This document shows, one piece after another, positions 21,301-29,706 of a DNA stretch of 64,000 bases; the stretch's first letter is position 1, and every line of letters starts with the position of its first letter. This stretch comes from Actinomycetota bacterium (lineage in GTDB: Bacteria; Actinomycetota; Humimicrobiia; Humimicrobiales; Humimicrobiaceae), in the NCBI GenBank assembly GCA_012837825.1, contig DUQM01000015.1:11318-75317 (forward strand), in the 5' to 3' direction. A program made the translations under genes and the position numbers. Below the pieces are notes generated by a model. The model saw nothing but the letters and a program-made list of their open reading frames with translations, searched no databases and had not been told where the DNA came from.

Positions 21301-22167
21301 CTATAATTCTGAAGACATTATCTTTTCCCAAATATTCTTTATTTCCTTTCCTGCGATGCTTTCCATGTCATCTACAGCAAAAGTATTGTTGGCAAGATTA
21401 AACGGTATTCTTTCATCATAAGGTATTTCCCCAATTATTTCAGTATTGGCAGAATTGCAGAACTTTATTATTTTCTGACGGTTATCCTCGTTTAAATCTT
21501 TCTTATTTATTACCACAAATGGTTTTATTCCAAAAAATTTAACGACATCATATATCTTTAAAAAATCACTAATCCCTGACAGTGTAGGCTCGATCATTAT
21601 GACTGCAAGATCAACACCATTTAAGGAAGCTATCACTGAACAGCCTATCCCGGGCGCAGCGTCAATTATTATAAGGTCTTTGTTTTCCCTGTAGACAAGA
21701 TCTTCCGCAATATTTCTTACAATCGTAACAAGCTTTCCTGAGTTTTCTGCCCCAGGATCAAGTCTTGCATGAACAAATTTTCCAAAAACTGTATCGGATA
21801 TATAATATTCACCCTGCTTTTCTGCTTTAAGCCCGATTGCATCTGCCGGACAGATATATTCACAGACTCCGCAACCTTCACATTTTAAGGAATCGAATTT
21901 TATATCTGTAATAGAGTCGCTTATTGCATCAAATCTGCATAATTCCTCGCATCTGCCACAGTTTATGCACTCACTTTTAAGATATGCAACAGGACCCCCT
22001 ATAAATTCCTGTGTCTTGAGAATATTGGGTTTTAATAATATATACAGATTGGAAGCATCCACATCTGCATCAACAGCCACATGGTTCTTTGCAAGTCTTA
22101 TAAAATTTGAAGCAAGCGTAGTTTTTCCGGTTCCTCCCTTGCCGCTTATTATAGTCATTTGTTTCAT
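21301..22167 (-). CDS. MinD/ParA-family P-loop ATPase with inserted 2x[4Fe-4S] ferredoxin domain (COG1149-like)
   Basis: Deviant Walker A GKGGTGKTT and two CxxCxxCxxxCP motifs (CINCGRCEELCRFDAI, CEGCGVCEYICPADAI). The start was re-assigned to MKQMTIISGKGG (ATG overlapping the upstream stop in an ATGA junction). The ORF-track N-terminal 22 aa overlap the upstream gene and are probably not translated. Confidence 0.75.
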   Translation of the reverse strand: MKQMTIISGKGGTGKTTLASNFIRLAKNHVAVDADVDASNLYILLKPNILKTQEFIGGPVAYLKSECINCGRCEELCRFDAISDSITDIKFDSLKCEGCGVCEYICPADAIGLKAEKQGEYYISDTVFGKFVHARLDPGAENSGKLVTIVRNIAEDLVYRENKDLIIIDAAPGIGCSVIASLNGVDLAVIMIEPTLSGISDFLKIYDVVKFFGIKPFVVINKKDLNEDNRQKIIKFCNSANTEIIGEIPYDERIPFNLANNTFAVDDMESIAGKEIKNIWEKIMSSEL

Positions 22168-23003
22168 CTGCCCACTTCCTCTTTTATTACATCGATTATT
22201 CCTAAAAACTTGTCTTTCATTTTCGGATCCCACTCAAGAAGAGAACCCCCTTTTGAATAAGTTTTTGCGATGTTTATATCATTGGGGATTTTTAAGAGTA
22301 TTTTATATGAATTCTGTCTGCAGAAGTCTTCAAGCTCTTTGTTTCCGATCCCGTCACGATTTATGATAATTCCAAACTTTTTATCCAGGTTTTTAAGTAT
22401 GTCGATAGATATCTTTAAATCACTCAGTCCGTACAAGGTAGGCTCTGTAACCAGTATGCAATAATCACAATTTTTAACAGCATTTACCATATTGCATGAA
22501 TTTCCGGGAGGACTGTCAATTATAACAGTCTGGCTTCTGTCCAGCATCTTTTCAAGATCCCCCTGAATATTGGAAGTCCTCATGCTTTTTGGCTTTAGAT
22601 TCCCCATAAAAAAATAAATGCCGGGACTTTTAAAACCCTTGCTTATTTCACCGACTTCAACATCTTTTTCCCTGACATAGCCCTCAGGGCCTACGAGTAT
22701 GCACCCTCCGCATCCATGACAGAGTTCTTCAAAAAAAATATAATCCTCACCAATAGAAGCAATCGCATTAAAATGACAGAAGTCTGAGCATGCCTTGAAA
22801 GATACTCCTTCTTTTTTAATGAAATAAGGATATTTTACATATACTTTCTGATAATGATTGATATCCGGCTTCAGAAAAATATCAGAATTTGGTGCCTCAA
22901 CATCAAAATCGTAAAAATTACAATATCCCAGAGACTGGGCAAGCGCTACAGAAACAGTAGTCTTTCCGGTTCCTCCTTTTCCGCTGGCAACTGAAATAAT
23001 CAC
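22164..23003 (-). CDS. MinD/ParA-family P-loop ATPase with Cys-rich (Fe-S) insert, paralogue of preceding gene
   Basis: Walker A GKGGTGKTT, Cys motifs (CSDFCHFNAI…CHGCGGC). It is homologous to the 21301 ORF. Confidence 0.75.
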   Translation of the reverse strand: MIISVASGKGGTGKTTVSVALAQSLGYCNFYDFDVEAPNSDIFLKPDINHYQKVYVKYPYFIKKEGVSFKACSDFCHFNAIASIGEDYIFFEELCHGCGGCILVGPEGYVREKDVEVGEISKGFKSPGIYFFMGNLKPKSMRTSNIQGDLEKMLDRSQTVIIDSPPGNSCNMVNAVKNCDYCILVTEPTLYGLSDLKISIDILKNLDKKFGIIINRDGIGNKELEDFCRQNSYKILLKIPNDINIAKTYSKGGSLLEWDPKMKDKFLGIIDVIKEEVGR

Positions 23004-23018
23004 TTATAACCTCCGTTT

Positions 23019-23390
23019 TTACTCTTTACCCATACCGTAATGAGACTGCACACTGGGACCGGAAGCAGATGTTAGCTGGTTTGCTTTATACTTCGCTATT
23101 GCTTCTTTTATCGGTCCGCTTACACCTGTATATATTTTTATTTTTGCGCTTTCAAACACCCTGTAAGAATTAGGGCCGATATTTCCGGTTATTACTGCTT
23201 CCACACCTTTGGAAATGACTTCCTGTGCTGCCTGTATCCCTGCACCGCCCATTGCATTTCTGCTTGAATTTGAAATAAACTCATAATTCTCAGTACCGTC
23301 ATCATAAATCAGAAAGAAAGGGCATCTTCCAAATCTTGGATCTACTGAAGAATCAATATTGTCACCTGTAGAAGATATACATATTTTCAT
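23019..23390 (-). CDS. NifX/NifB-like dinitrogenase FeMo-cofactor-binding domain protein (COG1433-like)
   Basis: 123 aa. MKICISSTGDNIDSSVDPRFGRCPFFLIYD… and …GAGIQAAQEVISKGVEAVITGNIGPN… are characteristic of the NifX/NafY/NifB C-terminal domain fold. Confidence 0.7.
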   Translation of the reverse strand: MKICISSTGDNIDSSVDPRFGRCPFFLIYDDGTENYEFISNSSRNAMGGAGIQAAQEVISKGVEAVITGNIGPNSYRVFESAKIKIYTGVSGPIKEAIAKYKANQLTSASGPSVQSHYGMGKE

Positions 23391-23416
23391 TTTTACTCCT
23401 TAATTAAACTAATTTA

Positions 23417-23641
23417 TTATTCTCTTGTCATAACAGTACCACATTTTGGACATTCGGTCTGACTGCATGGTACTCCTTGCTGATGGGGCACTTTCTCGCC
23501 ACAGCTCGGGCATACACAGTAACCTCCGATACCGGCACCTCTGCCCATTCCGCCGCCTCTTCCTGAGTAAACTCCTCTTCCCAGACCTCTTCCTGTTCCG
23601 GGACCCTGTCCTGCAGGTCCTGTTCCGTCTCCTCTTGGCAT
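23417..23641 (-). CDS. DUF5320-like Gly/Arg-rich small protein with C-terminal zinc ribbon
   Basis: Begins MPRGDGTGPAGQGPGTGRGLGRG, a conserved N-terminus shared with the 24187 ORF, and ends with CxxC…CxxC (CPSCGEKV…CPKCGTV). Confidence 0.6.
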   Translation of the reverse strand: MPRGDGTGPAGQGPGTGRGLGRGVYSGRGGGMGRGAGIGGYCVCPSCGEKVPHQQGVPCSQTECPKCGTVMTRE

Positions 23642-23757
23642 TTCCCCTCCTTTTAACTGAATTGTTTTAATTTTAATCTTTTATTAATATATTTTATATT
23701 CTATTTTGATTCTTTTCTATCTTCAGATATTTTTCCTATACATCTTCTATGGGTTTT

Positions 23758-24150
23758 TTATGTATGATGGCATTCGCCTTTCTCAACACCCATGCCTTTT
23801 CCGCTTCCCGGCTCACAAACACTGTCCTTTTTTTCAAGTTCATTATTTATGTATGCCTTTACTACATCGTCGGAAACACCTTCAATACCAACATAGCATT
23901 CAATATTATACTGGCTGAAAAGCTCCCGCGCTCTCATCCCCATGCCACCTGTTATAATTAACTCAACTCCTTTATTTTTTAAAAACTCAGGAATAACTCC
24001 TACTTCATGGCCCGGATTATCTATTGCCTCTTTGCTTTTTACTTTTTTATCCTCAATATCGTAAATCGTAAACTGCGGACTTCTCCCAAAATGGGGGAAA
24101 ACCATATTATTTTCAGTAGCTACAGCAATTTTCAAAACATCCTCCTTCAA
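23758..24150 (-). CDS. NifX/NifB-like cofactor-binding domain protein with Cys/His-rich C-terminal tail
   Basis: …IAVATENNMVFPHFGRSPQFTIYD…GVELIITGGMGMRA… matches the NifX-like domain. It has an extra C-terminal CEPGSGKGMGVEKGECHHT tail. Confidence 0.7.
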   Translation of the reverse strand: MKEDVLKIAVATENNMVFPHFGRSPQFTIYDIEDKKVKSKEAIDNPGHEVGVIPEFLKNKGVELIITGGMGMRARELFSQYNIECYVGIEGVSDDVVKAYINNELEKKDSVCEPGSGKGMGVEKGECHHT

Positions 24151-24186
24151 ATATTATTATTTTCTATCTTTTCATAAAAAATAATT

Positions 24187-24597
24187 TTATTTATTTTCCT
24201 GATTTTCGTTTTTTTCCAGTTCCGCCAGCCTGCTTTCAATGTCTGAAATCTGGCTTTTTAAAAACTCTGCCTGATCTTTTAAAAATGCCTTCTCATCTTC
24301 TGCTGCCCCAAATCGGGAAGCGCCCTGAAAAGGGTATGGTTCCGTTCCCCGGTATGAGCCTCGTGCAGGCATTCCTGCATTTGCCCTGTACCATCCGGGA
24401 AGACCTGTTGCATAATACATATTCCTGTAGCCTCTTCCTCTTCCGAAACCGCCTCCGAAAAATCCCGGACCTCTGAAAGCGCCTCTTCCGAATGCCGGAT
24501 TGGCAAAACCGGGTACGGAGTACCCCGCACAATAGCCTGCTGCCTTTCCGGTCATCGGGCCCATTCCTGCCGGTCCTGTTCCGTCTCCTCTTGGCAT
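24187..24597 (-). CDS. DUF5320-like Gly/Arg-rich protein with C-terminal coiled coil
   Basis: N-terminus MPRGDGTGPAGMGPMTGKAAGYCAGY… is paralogous to the 23417 ORF. It has a G/R/F-rich middle and an acidic coiled-coil C-terminus. Confidence 0.6.
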   Translation of the reverse strand: MPRGDGTGPAGMGPMTGKAAGYCAGYSVPGFANPAFGRGAFRGPGFFGGGFGRGRGYRNMYYATGLPGWYRANAGMPARGSYRGTEPYPFQGASRFGAAEDEKAFLKDQAEFLKSQISDIESRLAELEKNENQENK

Positions 24598-24726
24598 AAT
24601 AACACCTCCTGTAAATATTAGAAAATATAATTAAAATATAAATGAACTATGGTTCAATACTATATTAATGAACCATAGTTCATTTGTCAAGATTATATCT
24701 TTTTTTTTATAAAAAAATATTTTTTA

Positions 24727-25281
24727 CTATCCGGCCGAAAATCCTCTCTTTGCAAAACATTTTTCAAGAGCAAAATAGCCTTTATTTATATAAGCAAATG
24801 TATCCAGTTTTTCAACAGAAACGGCATCATTTTCATCCAGAATATTTTCATCCATCATACAGCTTACAACTTCCCCGAAAATAATATTTCCTCCACCTAT
24901 CTTTATGATATCTGCAACCCTGCATTCATAATTTATAGGACACTCTGCAATAAGCTTCGGCTTTATAACTGATGAATCAATTTTTGTAAGACAGGTTTTT
25001 TCAAATTTGTCGACCTGTTCACCGCTGTTTTGACCACAGAAATCAACTTTCTCAAGTATTGAGGAACATGGTATATTCAGACCGAATTCTTTTGTTTCAT
25101 TTATAAGCCTGTAGGAATACTTTTCCCCTCCAATGGAAATCATGACAATCGGTGGAACTCTTGAAGCATTGCTTGTCCAGGCAATTGTAATAATATTATC
25201 ATTTCCATCAGAGTCACAGCATGTAACAAGCGCTATGGGTTGTGGATAAATAATGTTTGAGGGTTGAATATTTTTCTTCAT
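24727..25281 (-). CDS. Flavin reductase-like FMN-binding domain protein (flavoredoxin family)
   Basis: 184 aa. …PQPIALVTCCDSDGNDNIITIAWTS… is typical of the flavin reductase-like split-barrel domain. Confidence 0.65.
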   Translation of the reverse strand: MKKNIQPSNIIYPQPIALVTCCDSDGNDNIITIAWTSNASRVPPIVMISIGGEKYSYRLINETKEFGLNIPCSSILEKVDFCGQNSGEQVDKFEKTCLTKIDSSVIKPKLIAECPINYECRVADIIKIGGGNIIFGEVVSCMMDENILDENDAVSVEKLDTFAYINKGYFALEKCFAKRGFSAG

Positions 25282-25438
25282 AAAAACTCCTGTCTGGTTT
25301 TTTGATAATCCGAATCAGTTCGAACGGTTTATTTTTTCCAAAATAATTAATTGATAACTTATGAACTATGGATCAATATGATTTATTATATTTTTATGCG
25401 GCAATTTACAGGAAAAAGATAAGTGGCTGCGCCTGATA

Positions 25439-25927
25439 TTAAAATCTTCCCTGCCGCAATCTTCCACCACGGCCATGCCCATAACCAGAATTACACTTCT
25501 TAAGCATCTCTTCCATATTTTCTACATCATCTTCTTTGCAGCTTGGGCAGTTTTCTTCAATATCCAAACCCTTGTTCTGTTCATCTGCTTTCAGATCCCA
25601 TTCATATCCACACTTCCTGCATCTGTAGGCATTATTAACAAAAACAAAACTGCCTCCCTCTATACGTATTGCATAACCGTTAACAATAGCGCTCCCTATC
25701 TTTTTATGCGCACTACCTAACAGTCTTGTAAAAGTAGGCCTTGAGATCTCCATACTTTTCGCTGATTCAAGATGATTTAAATTCTCAATATCAACAAGCC
25801 TGATTGCTTCATATTCATCAACAGTCAGATTTACCGATTCAAGTTTGGAAGCAGGTACCCCGGCAGGCTTAAAAAAATAAAATCTTGGCGGATAAAGAAC
25901 TTTTCTCTTTTTTTTCGGCTTAACCAT
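25439..25927 (-). CDS. DUF134/UPF0251 family putative DNA-binding protein with C-terminal zinc ribbon (COG1342-like)
   Basis: The N-terminal region (…LTVDEYEAIRLVDIENLNHLESAKSMEISRPTFTRLLGSAHKKIGSAIVNG…) resembles a sigma-70 region-4-like HTH typical of DUF134. The C-terminus has CRKCGYEW…CPSCKED. Confidence 0.6.
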   Translation of the reverse strand: MVKPKKKRKVLYPPRFYFFKPAGVPASKLESVNLTVDEYEAIRLVDIENLNHLESAKSMEISRPTFTRLLGSAHKKIGSAIVNGYAIRIEGGSFVFVNNAYRCRKCGYEWDLKADEQNKGLDIEENCPSCKEDDVENMEEMLKKCNSGYGHGRGGRLRQGRF

Positions 25928-26332
25928 AACTTATTTAATATCCGGTTTTTATTTATACTAAATAAAATATTTATAAATTTTATAACTTATAACAGATTAT
26001 CTGTTTTGTTTTATAAATATGTGATCGGTATTGCAAATAATGATATTTAAAAATAATTTTTATTTCCCGCTATTACTATTATAGTATCACACCCATTGAT
26101 TAATTTCAGCTTATAGAACATGCCGGAACTCAATAATAAAAACCGGTCGGATTTATAATTTTTATGAATCCTTATATATAAAAAAGCCATAATAAATAAC
26201 TGTAAATATAAATTTTAAGCATGGAAAAGATAATGAAGCTATTTAAATCCAAAAAAGGCATTATTTATTATGAATACTCTTCAGAAAATCCTGTGCATAC
26301 AAAAAATTATTGAAAAATATCATTGTCTGATT

Positions 26333-27460
26333 TTATTTCATCATTTTTTGTATTATCTGGCTTGAAATAATATCAACCATCTCATCTATGCTGTTTCTTG
26401 ATAAGGAGGAAGATAGCTTATTCCCTATGCTTCCCGGATCTATTTTGCAGTTTGCGGAATCGACGTACTGTCTGGTTTTAATTTCTACATATTCACAGAA
26501 AGGAATTATTTCCTTCGATGGTGAATATTCCATTTTTGTATGTGGAAAATATTTTAGAAGAAGATCTTCTGTCATTTTCCTCAGTTTATTTTTCACTTCA
26601 ACCAGCTCATTGCCAAGCAAAGTGTTATAAGCCATTTTCGGAGGACCCATTTTTATTCCTCTTAAATCAAGAGCTTCCTTGAAACCCTGGGGGAAATTTA
26701 CTGATTTCATTGTTCTTATGAATTCAAGAATTGCAAACTGAAGCTCAAGAGCGCGGGAATGGTTCCCGTTTAAAAAATTATCATAAATGCCTACCATGAA
26801 TTCCGGAAGTATTCCGGCTGTTGCAGTCATGCAGCCTTTGCCACCGGCTGCAAGAGCAGGATACAGAATTTCTTCCGCCCCTACAAGCACCTTGAAATCA
26901 GGCTTTATTTTCTTCGTCATTTCTATAAGATTCATGACATTTATCATATTCCCTGATGAATCCTTGATGCCTACAACATTTGGAAGAACGCAGAGGTCAC
27001 GAGCTATCTGCGGTGTTACTTCATTTGCAAAAAAAGGTATATTGTATAAAAAAATCGGAATATCGACAGCAACTGCAACTTTCTTGAGATGCTCCTCAAC
27101 AATATCATTTATATTTTTGAAGAAATAAGGGCCATGAAGCACAACTGCGGAACAACCTTTTTCTTTTGCATAATCTGCCAGTTCAATTGATTTTTCAAAA
27201 CAAGTTGCTCCTGTGCCGGGAATAATGGCTACCCTTCCATTATTTTCATCAGCAACTATGTCAATCAGATACTTTCTCTCTTCCATATCCATATGCACAT
27301 ATTCACCGCATGATGAAACAGGAAAAATACCATCAACGCCACTGTCGATCAGAAAATTAACAAGTTTTCTTACTTCAATTTCGTTTACTCTCCCATCTTC
27401 TTTGAAGGGAGTAAGCATTGCAACTATTACACCTTCCGGAATAGCCATCTTTAACTCCAA
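26333..27460 (-). CDS. DapA/N-acetylneuraminate lyase family enzyme (2-keto-3-deoxy sugar-acid aldolase or dehydratase) with ~80-aa C-terminal extension
   Basis: …VIVAMLTPFKEDGRVNEIEVRKLVNFLIDSGVDGIFPVSSCGEY… TIM-barrel Schiff-base lyase family signature. It is the last gene of the sugar-acid operon. The C-terminal 80 aa lie outside the normal ~295-aa fold. Confidence 0.6.
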   Translation of the reverse strand: MELKMAIPEGVIVAMLTPFKEDGRVNEIEVRKLVNFLIDSGVDGIFPVSSCGEYVHMDMEERKYLIDIVADENNGRVAIIPGTGATCFEKSIELADYAKEKGCSAVVLHGPYFFKNINDIVEEHLKKVAVAVDIPIFLYNIPFFANEVTPQIARDLCVLPNVVGIKDSSGNMINVMNLIEMTKKIKPDFKVLVGAEEILYPALAAGGKGCMTATAGILPEFMVGIYDNFLNGNHSRALELQFAILEFIRTMKSVNFPQGFKEALDLRGIKMGPPKMAYNTLLGNELVEVKNKLRKMTEDLLLKYFPHTKMEYSPSKEIIPFCEYVEIKTRQYVDSANCKIDPGSIGNKLSSSLSRNSIDEMVDIISSQIIQKMMK

Positions 27461-27593
27461 TTTCTTTAAAACTTAAAAGATTTAAAATAATAACAGCACA
27501 AACCATGCCTGCAATCAATATATTATATGCCGGTAATCAATATATTACATATTTATATTAAAGGAAAGGTATGTAAAGTATTATTTTAATTTT

Positions 27594-28808
27594 TTAAATT
27601 TTTAATTTTTCAATTACTTCCATATTAAGTGTTATCCCAAAACCCGGCTTGTCTTCATCAATTTCCATAAATCCATCCTCCGCCCCGGGGCTCCCCAGGA
27701 TATAAGCATCCGAGAAACCACCTTTCTGCTCTTTCTTCTCCCATGAAGGAACACAGGTATCTTCTGCCCATTTTACAGAGGGACACGACATGACAAAATG
27801 CAAAGTTTCAGCATAACTCACATGTGGGGCAAGCGGAACGCCAAATGCTTCAGCAATTGCAGCAACTTTCTTTGCTTCTGTAAGACCACCCATTCTTCTA
27901 ATATCCGGCTGGATAATATCAACTACTTTTTGCGATATAAGCTGGGCAAATCCGAATCTTGTATATTCATGTTCGCCGGCTGCAATTGGTGTAGATACTT
28001 TTGTTTTAAGATATTTGTAGCCTTCAATATTATCAGGCAAAAGCGGCTCTTCCACCCAGGTAAGATTATACTTCTCAAGTCTTTTAATCATTTCCACCGA
28101 ATAATCAAGGTCGTTCCATCCCATATATGCGTCTATCATTAATTCAATCTCATCTCCAACTGCCTCTCTTACAGTTTTGACAAGCATTTCATTTCTTTTC
28201 ATGCCTTTAAATCCTTCCCTGGGACCTGTGCACATCCTTTGCTTTAATCCAAGATAGCCCTGCTTAACATAATCTTTTGCCTCAAGAGCCAGCTTTTCAT
28301 AATCAGGATTGTATATATCGCTGGGATGCAGATTGGATGCATATAGTTTTACCTTGTCTTTTGTTTTTCCTCCCAGAAGCTTATAGACAGGAACCTTAAG
28401 GGCTTTTCCTTTTAAATCCCATAAAGCATTGTCAACACCGCTTATTGCTTCGATTGCAGCACCTTTGCGTCCAAAAACAATAGAAGCCCGATACATTTTA
28501 TCCCATAAAGCCTCGGAATCAAAAGGATCCGCTCCTATAAGATAATTTTTATAATGGTTTTCTATAAGGATTCTTCCCGCTGCTGCAGTACCGCCGCAGC
28601 AAAAACCATAGCCCTCAATACCGCTGTCTGTCTTTATTATAACTATGGGAACTATCCAGTCAGTACCGCCTGTCCACATCCCCCGATCGGTTGCATATTC
28701 CTCATAGGGTTCCATCACTCCAACCAAAGGAGAATATCTTATAAATTTGGCAAATCCCTCTGATTTTGTTGCGGCAATATCAATTACCTGAACGTCTGTA
28801 ATCTTCAT
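27594..28808 (-). CDS. Enolase-superfamily (mandelate racemase/muconate lactonizing enzyme family) sugar-acid dehydratase, candidate L-rhamnonate/6-deoxyhexonate dehydratase
   Basis: 404 aa with an N-terminal capping domain and a barrel domain bearing acid/base and metal-ligand residues (…ELMIDAYMGWN…LTWVEEP…). Its operon context includes RhaM. Confidence 0.65.
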   Translation of the reverse strand: MKITDVQVIDIAATKSEGFAKFIRYSPLVGVMEPYEEYATDRGMWTGGTDWIVPIVIIKTDSGIEGYGFCCGGTAAAGRILIENHYKNYLIGADPFDSEALWDKMYRASIVFGRKGAAIEAISGVDNALWDLKGKALKVPVYKLLGGKTKDKVKLYASNLHPSDIYNPDYEKLALEAKDYVKQGYLGLKQRMCTGPREGFKGMKRNEMLVKTVREAVGDEIELMIDAYMGWNDLDYSVEMIKRLEKYNLTWVEEPLLPDNIEGYKYLKTKVSTPIAAGEHEYTRFGFAQLISQKVVDIIQPDIRRMGGLTEAKKVAAIAEAFGVPLAPHVSYAETLHFVMSCPSVKWAEDTCVPSWEKKEQKGGFSDAYILGSPGAEDGFMEIDEDKPGFGITLNMEVIEKLKI

Positions 28809-28889
28809 TTAACACCCGTCTTTATTTAAAAATTTTATTATAATAAATCTTTATTTTATATCTTTGCCCTACAAAACAATTGATTTTAT

Positions 28890-29669
28890 TTATTTTATCA
28901 GACCGGAAGGAAAATCTTTATCCAGAATATCAGGATCATGGCTTGTCAGAACAATATCAGCCCTGCTGCTGATTTTCTTATATGCTTCAAAGCATTCCCA
29001 GAGATTATAAAATAGTCCGACAGGATGATTGTTTTTTACATTACTTTTTAAAAAAGCCACATCTGAAGTCATTACAACCTTTCCTGATTGTGTCTCTGCT
29101 TCCACAGCCATACAGCAGGGCGTATGTCCTCCGACATAAAATACTTTAAGCCCGGGTAGTATTTCTTCTTCTTCGCCAGCGAGAATTATTTTTTCTGCAG
29201 GTAGTGAAGAGATATATTGTATCGGTTCAGTCGGGAAAAGTGCATCATTATAATAATAAGGTCTTTTCTTTTTCATATACTCAAGCCAGCCTTTGCGAGA
29301 TAATACGACTTTGGCATTTTTAAAAATCCCGACATTTGATGAATGATCATGATGAAGGTGGCTTATTATCACATAATCTACTTTTTCCGGGATGATCCTT
29401 CTTTTTTTGATATAGGACTGTATTCTTTCCTCTTCAGGAAGATCAAAGCTGATTTTCCCCTTAAATTCTTTAAAAAGCATTTTATTTATAATATCGGTAT
29501 CTCCGCATCCGGTATCTACAAGAATGGTTCTGTTTCCGGACTTTAGCTGAAAAAAATAAGTATGAAGATTATAACTATTGTCCCATTCGCTCAGATAAAA
29601 CATTTCAGGTCCGGGAGCGCTTGTCTGCCCGTTCTTAAAAATCTCAATTGAATATTTCATAACAGCCAA
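28890..29669 (-). CDS. MBL-fold metallo-hydrolase (candidate sugar lactonase)
   Basis: HxHxDH motif (ISHLHHDHSSN) and downstream His/Asp ligands. The lactonase role is inferred from pathway context only. Confidence 0.55.
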   Translation of the reverse strand: MAVMKYSIEIFKNGQTSAPGPEMFYLSEWDNSYNLHTYFFQLKSGNRTILVDTGCGDTDIINKMLFKEFKGKISFDLPEEERIQSYIKKRRIIPEKVDYVIISHLHHDHSSNVGIFKNAKVVLSRKGWLEYMKKKRPYYYNDALFPTEPIQYISSLPAEKIILAGEEEEILPGLKVFYVGGHTPCCMAVEAETQSGKVVMTSDVAFLKSNVKNNHPVGLFYNLWECFEAYKKISSRADIVLTSHDPDILDKDFPSGLIK

Positions 29670-29706
29670 ACCTTTTTAAATATTTAACACAATATTTTTA
29701 TTTATT

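Noticed and set aside
24640-24726. Interpretation of the 17-nt inverted repeat solely as the intrinsic terminator of the flavoredoxin gene.
   Set aside because: It is not fully rejected. However, a near-identical half-site recurs upstream of the flavoredoxin gene, where no terminator is expected. That recurrence favours an operator role, so it is listed as a regulatory finding and the alternative is noted.
26221-26313. 30-codon plus-strand ORF (MEKIMKLFKSKKGIIYYEYSSENPVHTKNY) in the intergenic region upstream of the DUF134 gene.
   Set aside because: It is below any reasonable length threshold. It has no convincing SD and no conservation evidence available, and it is AT-rich by chance.
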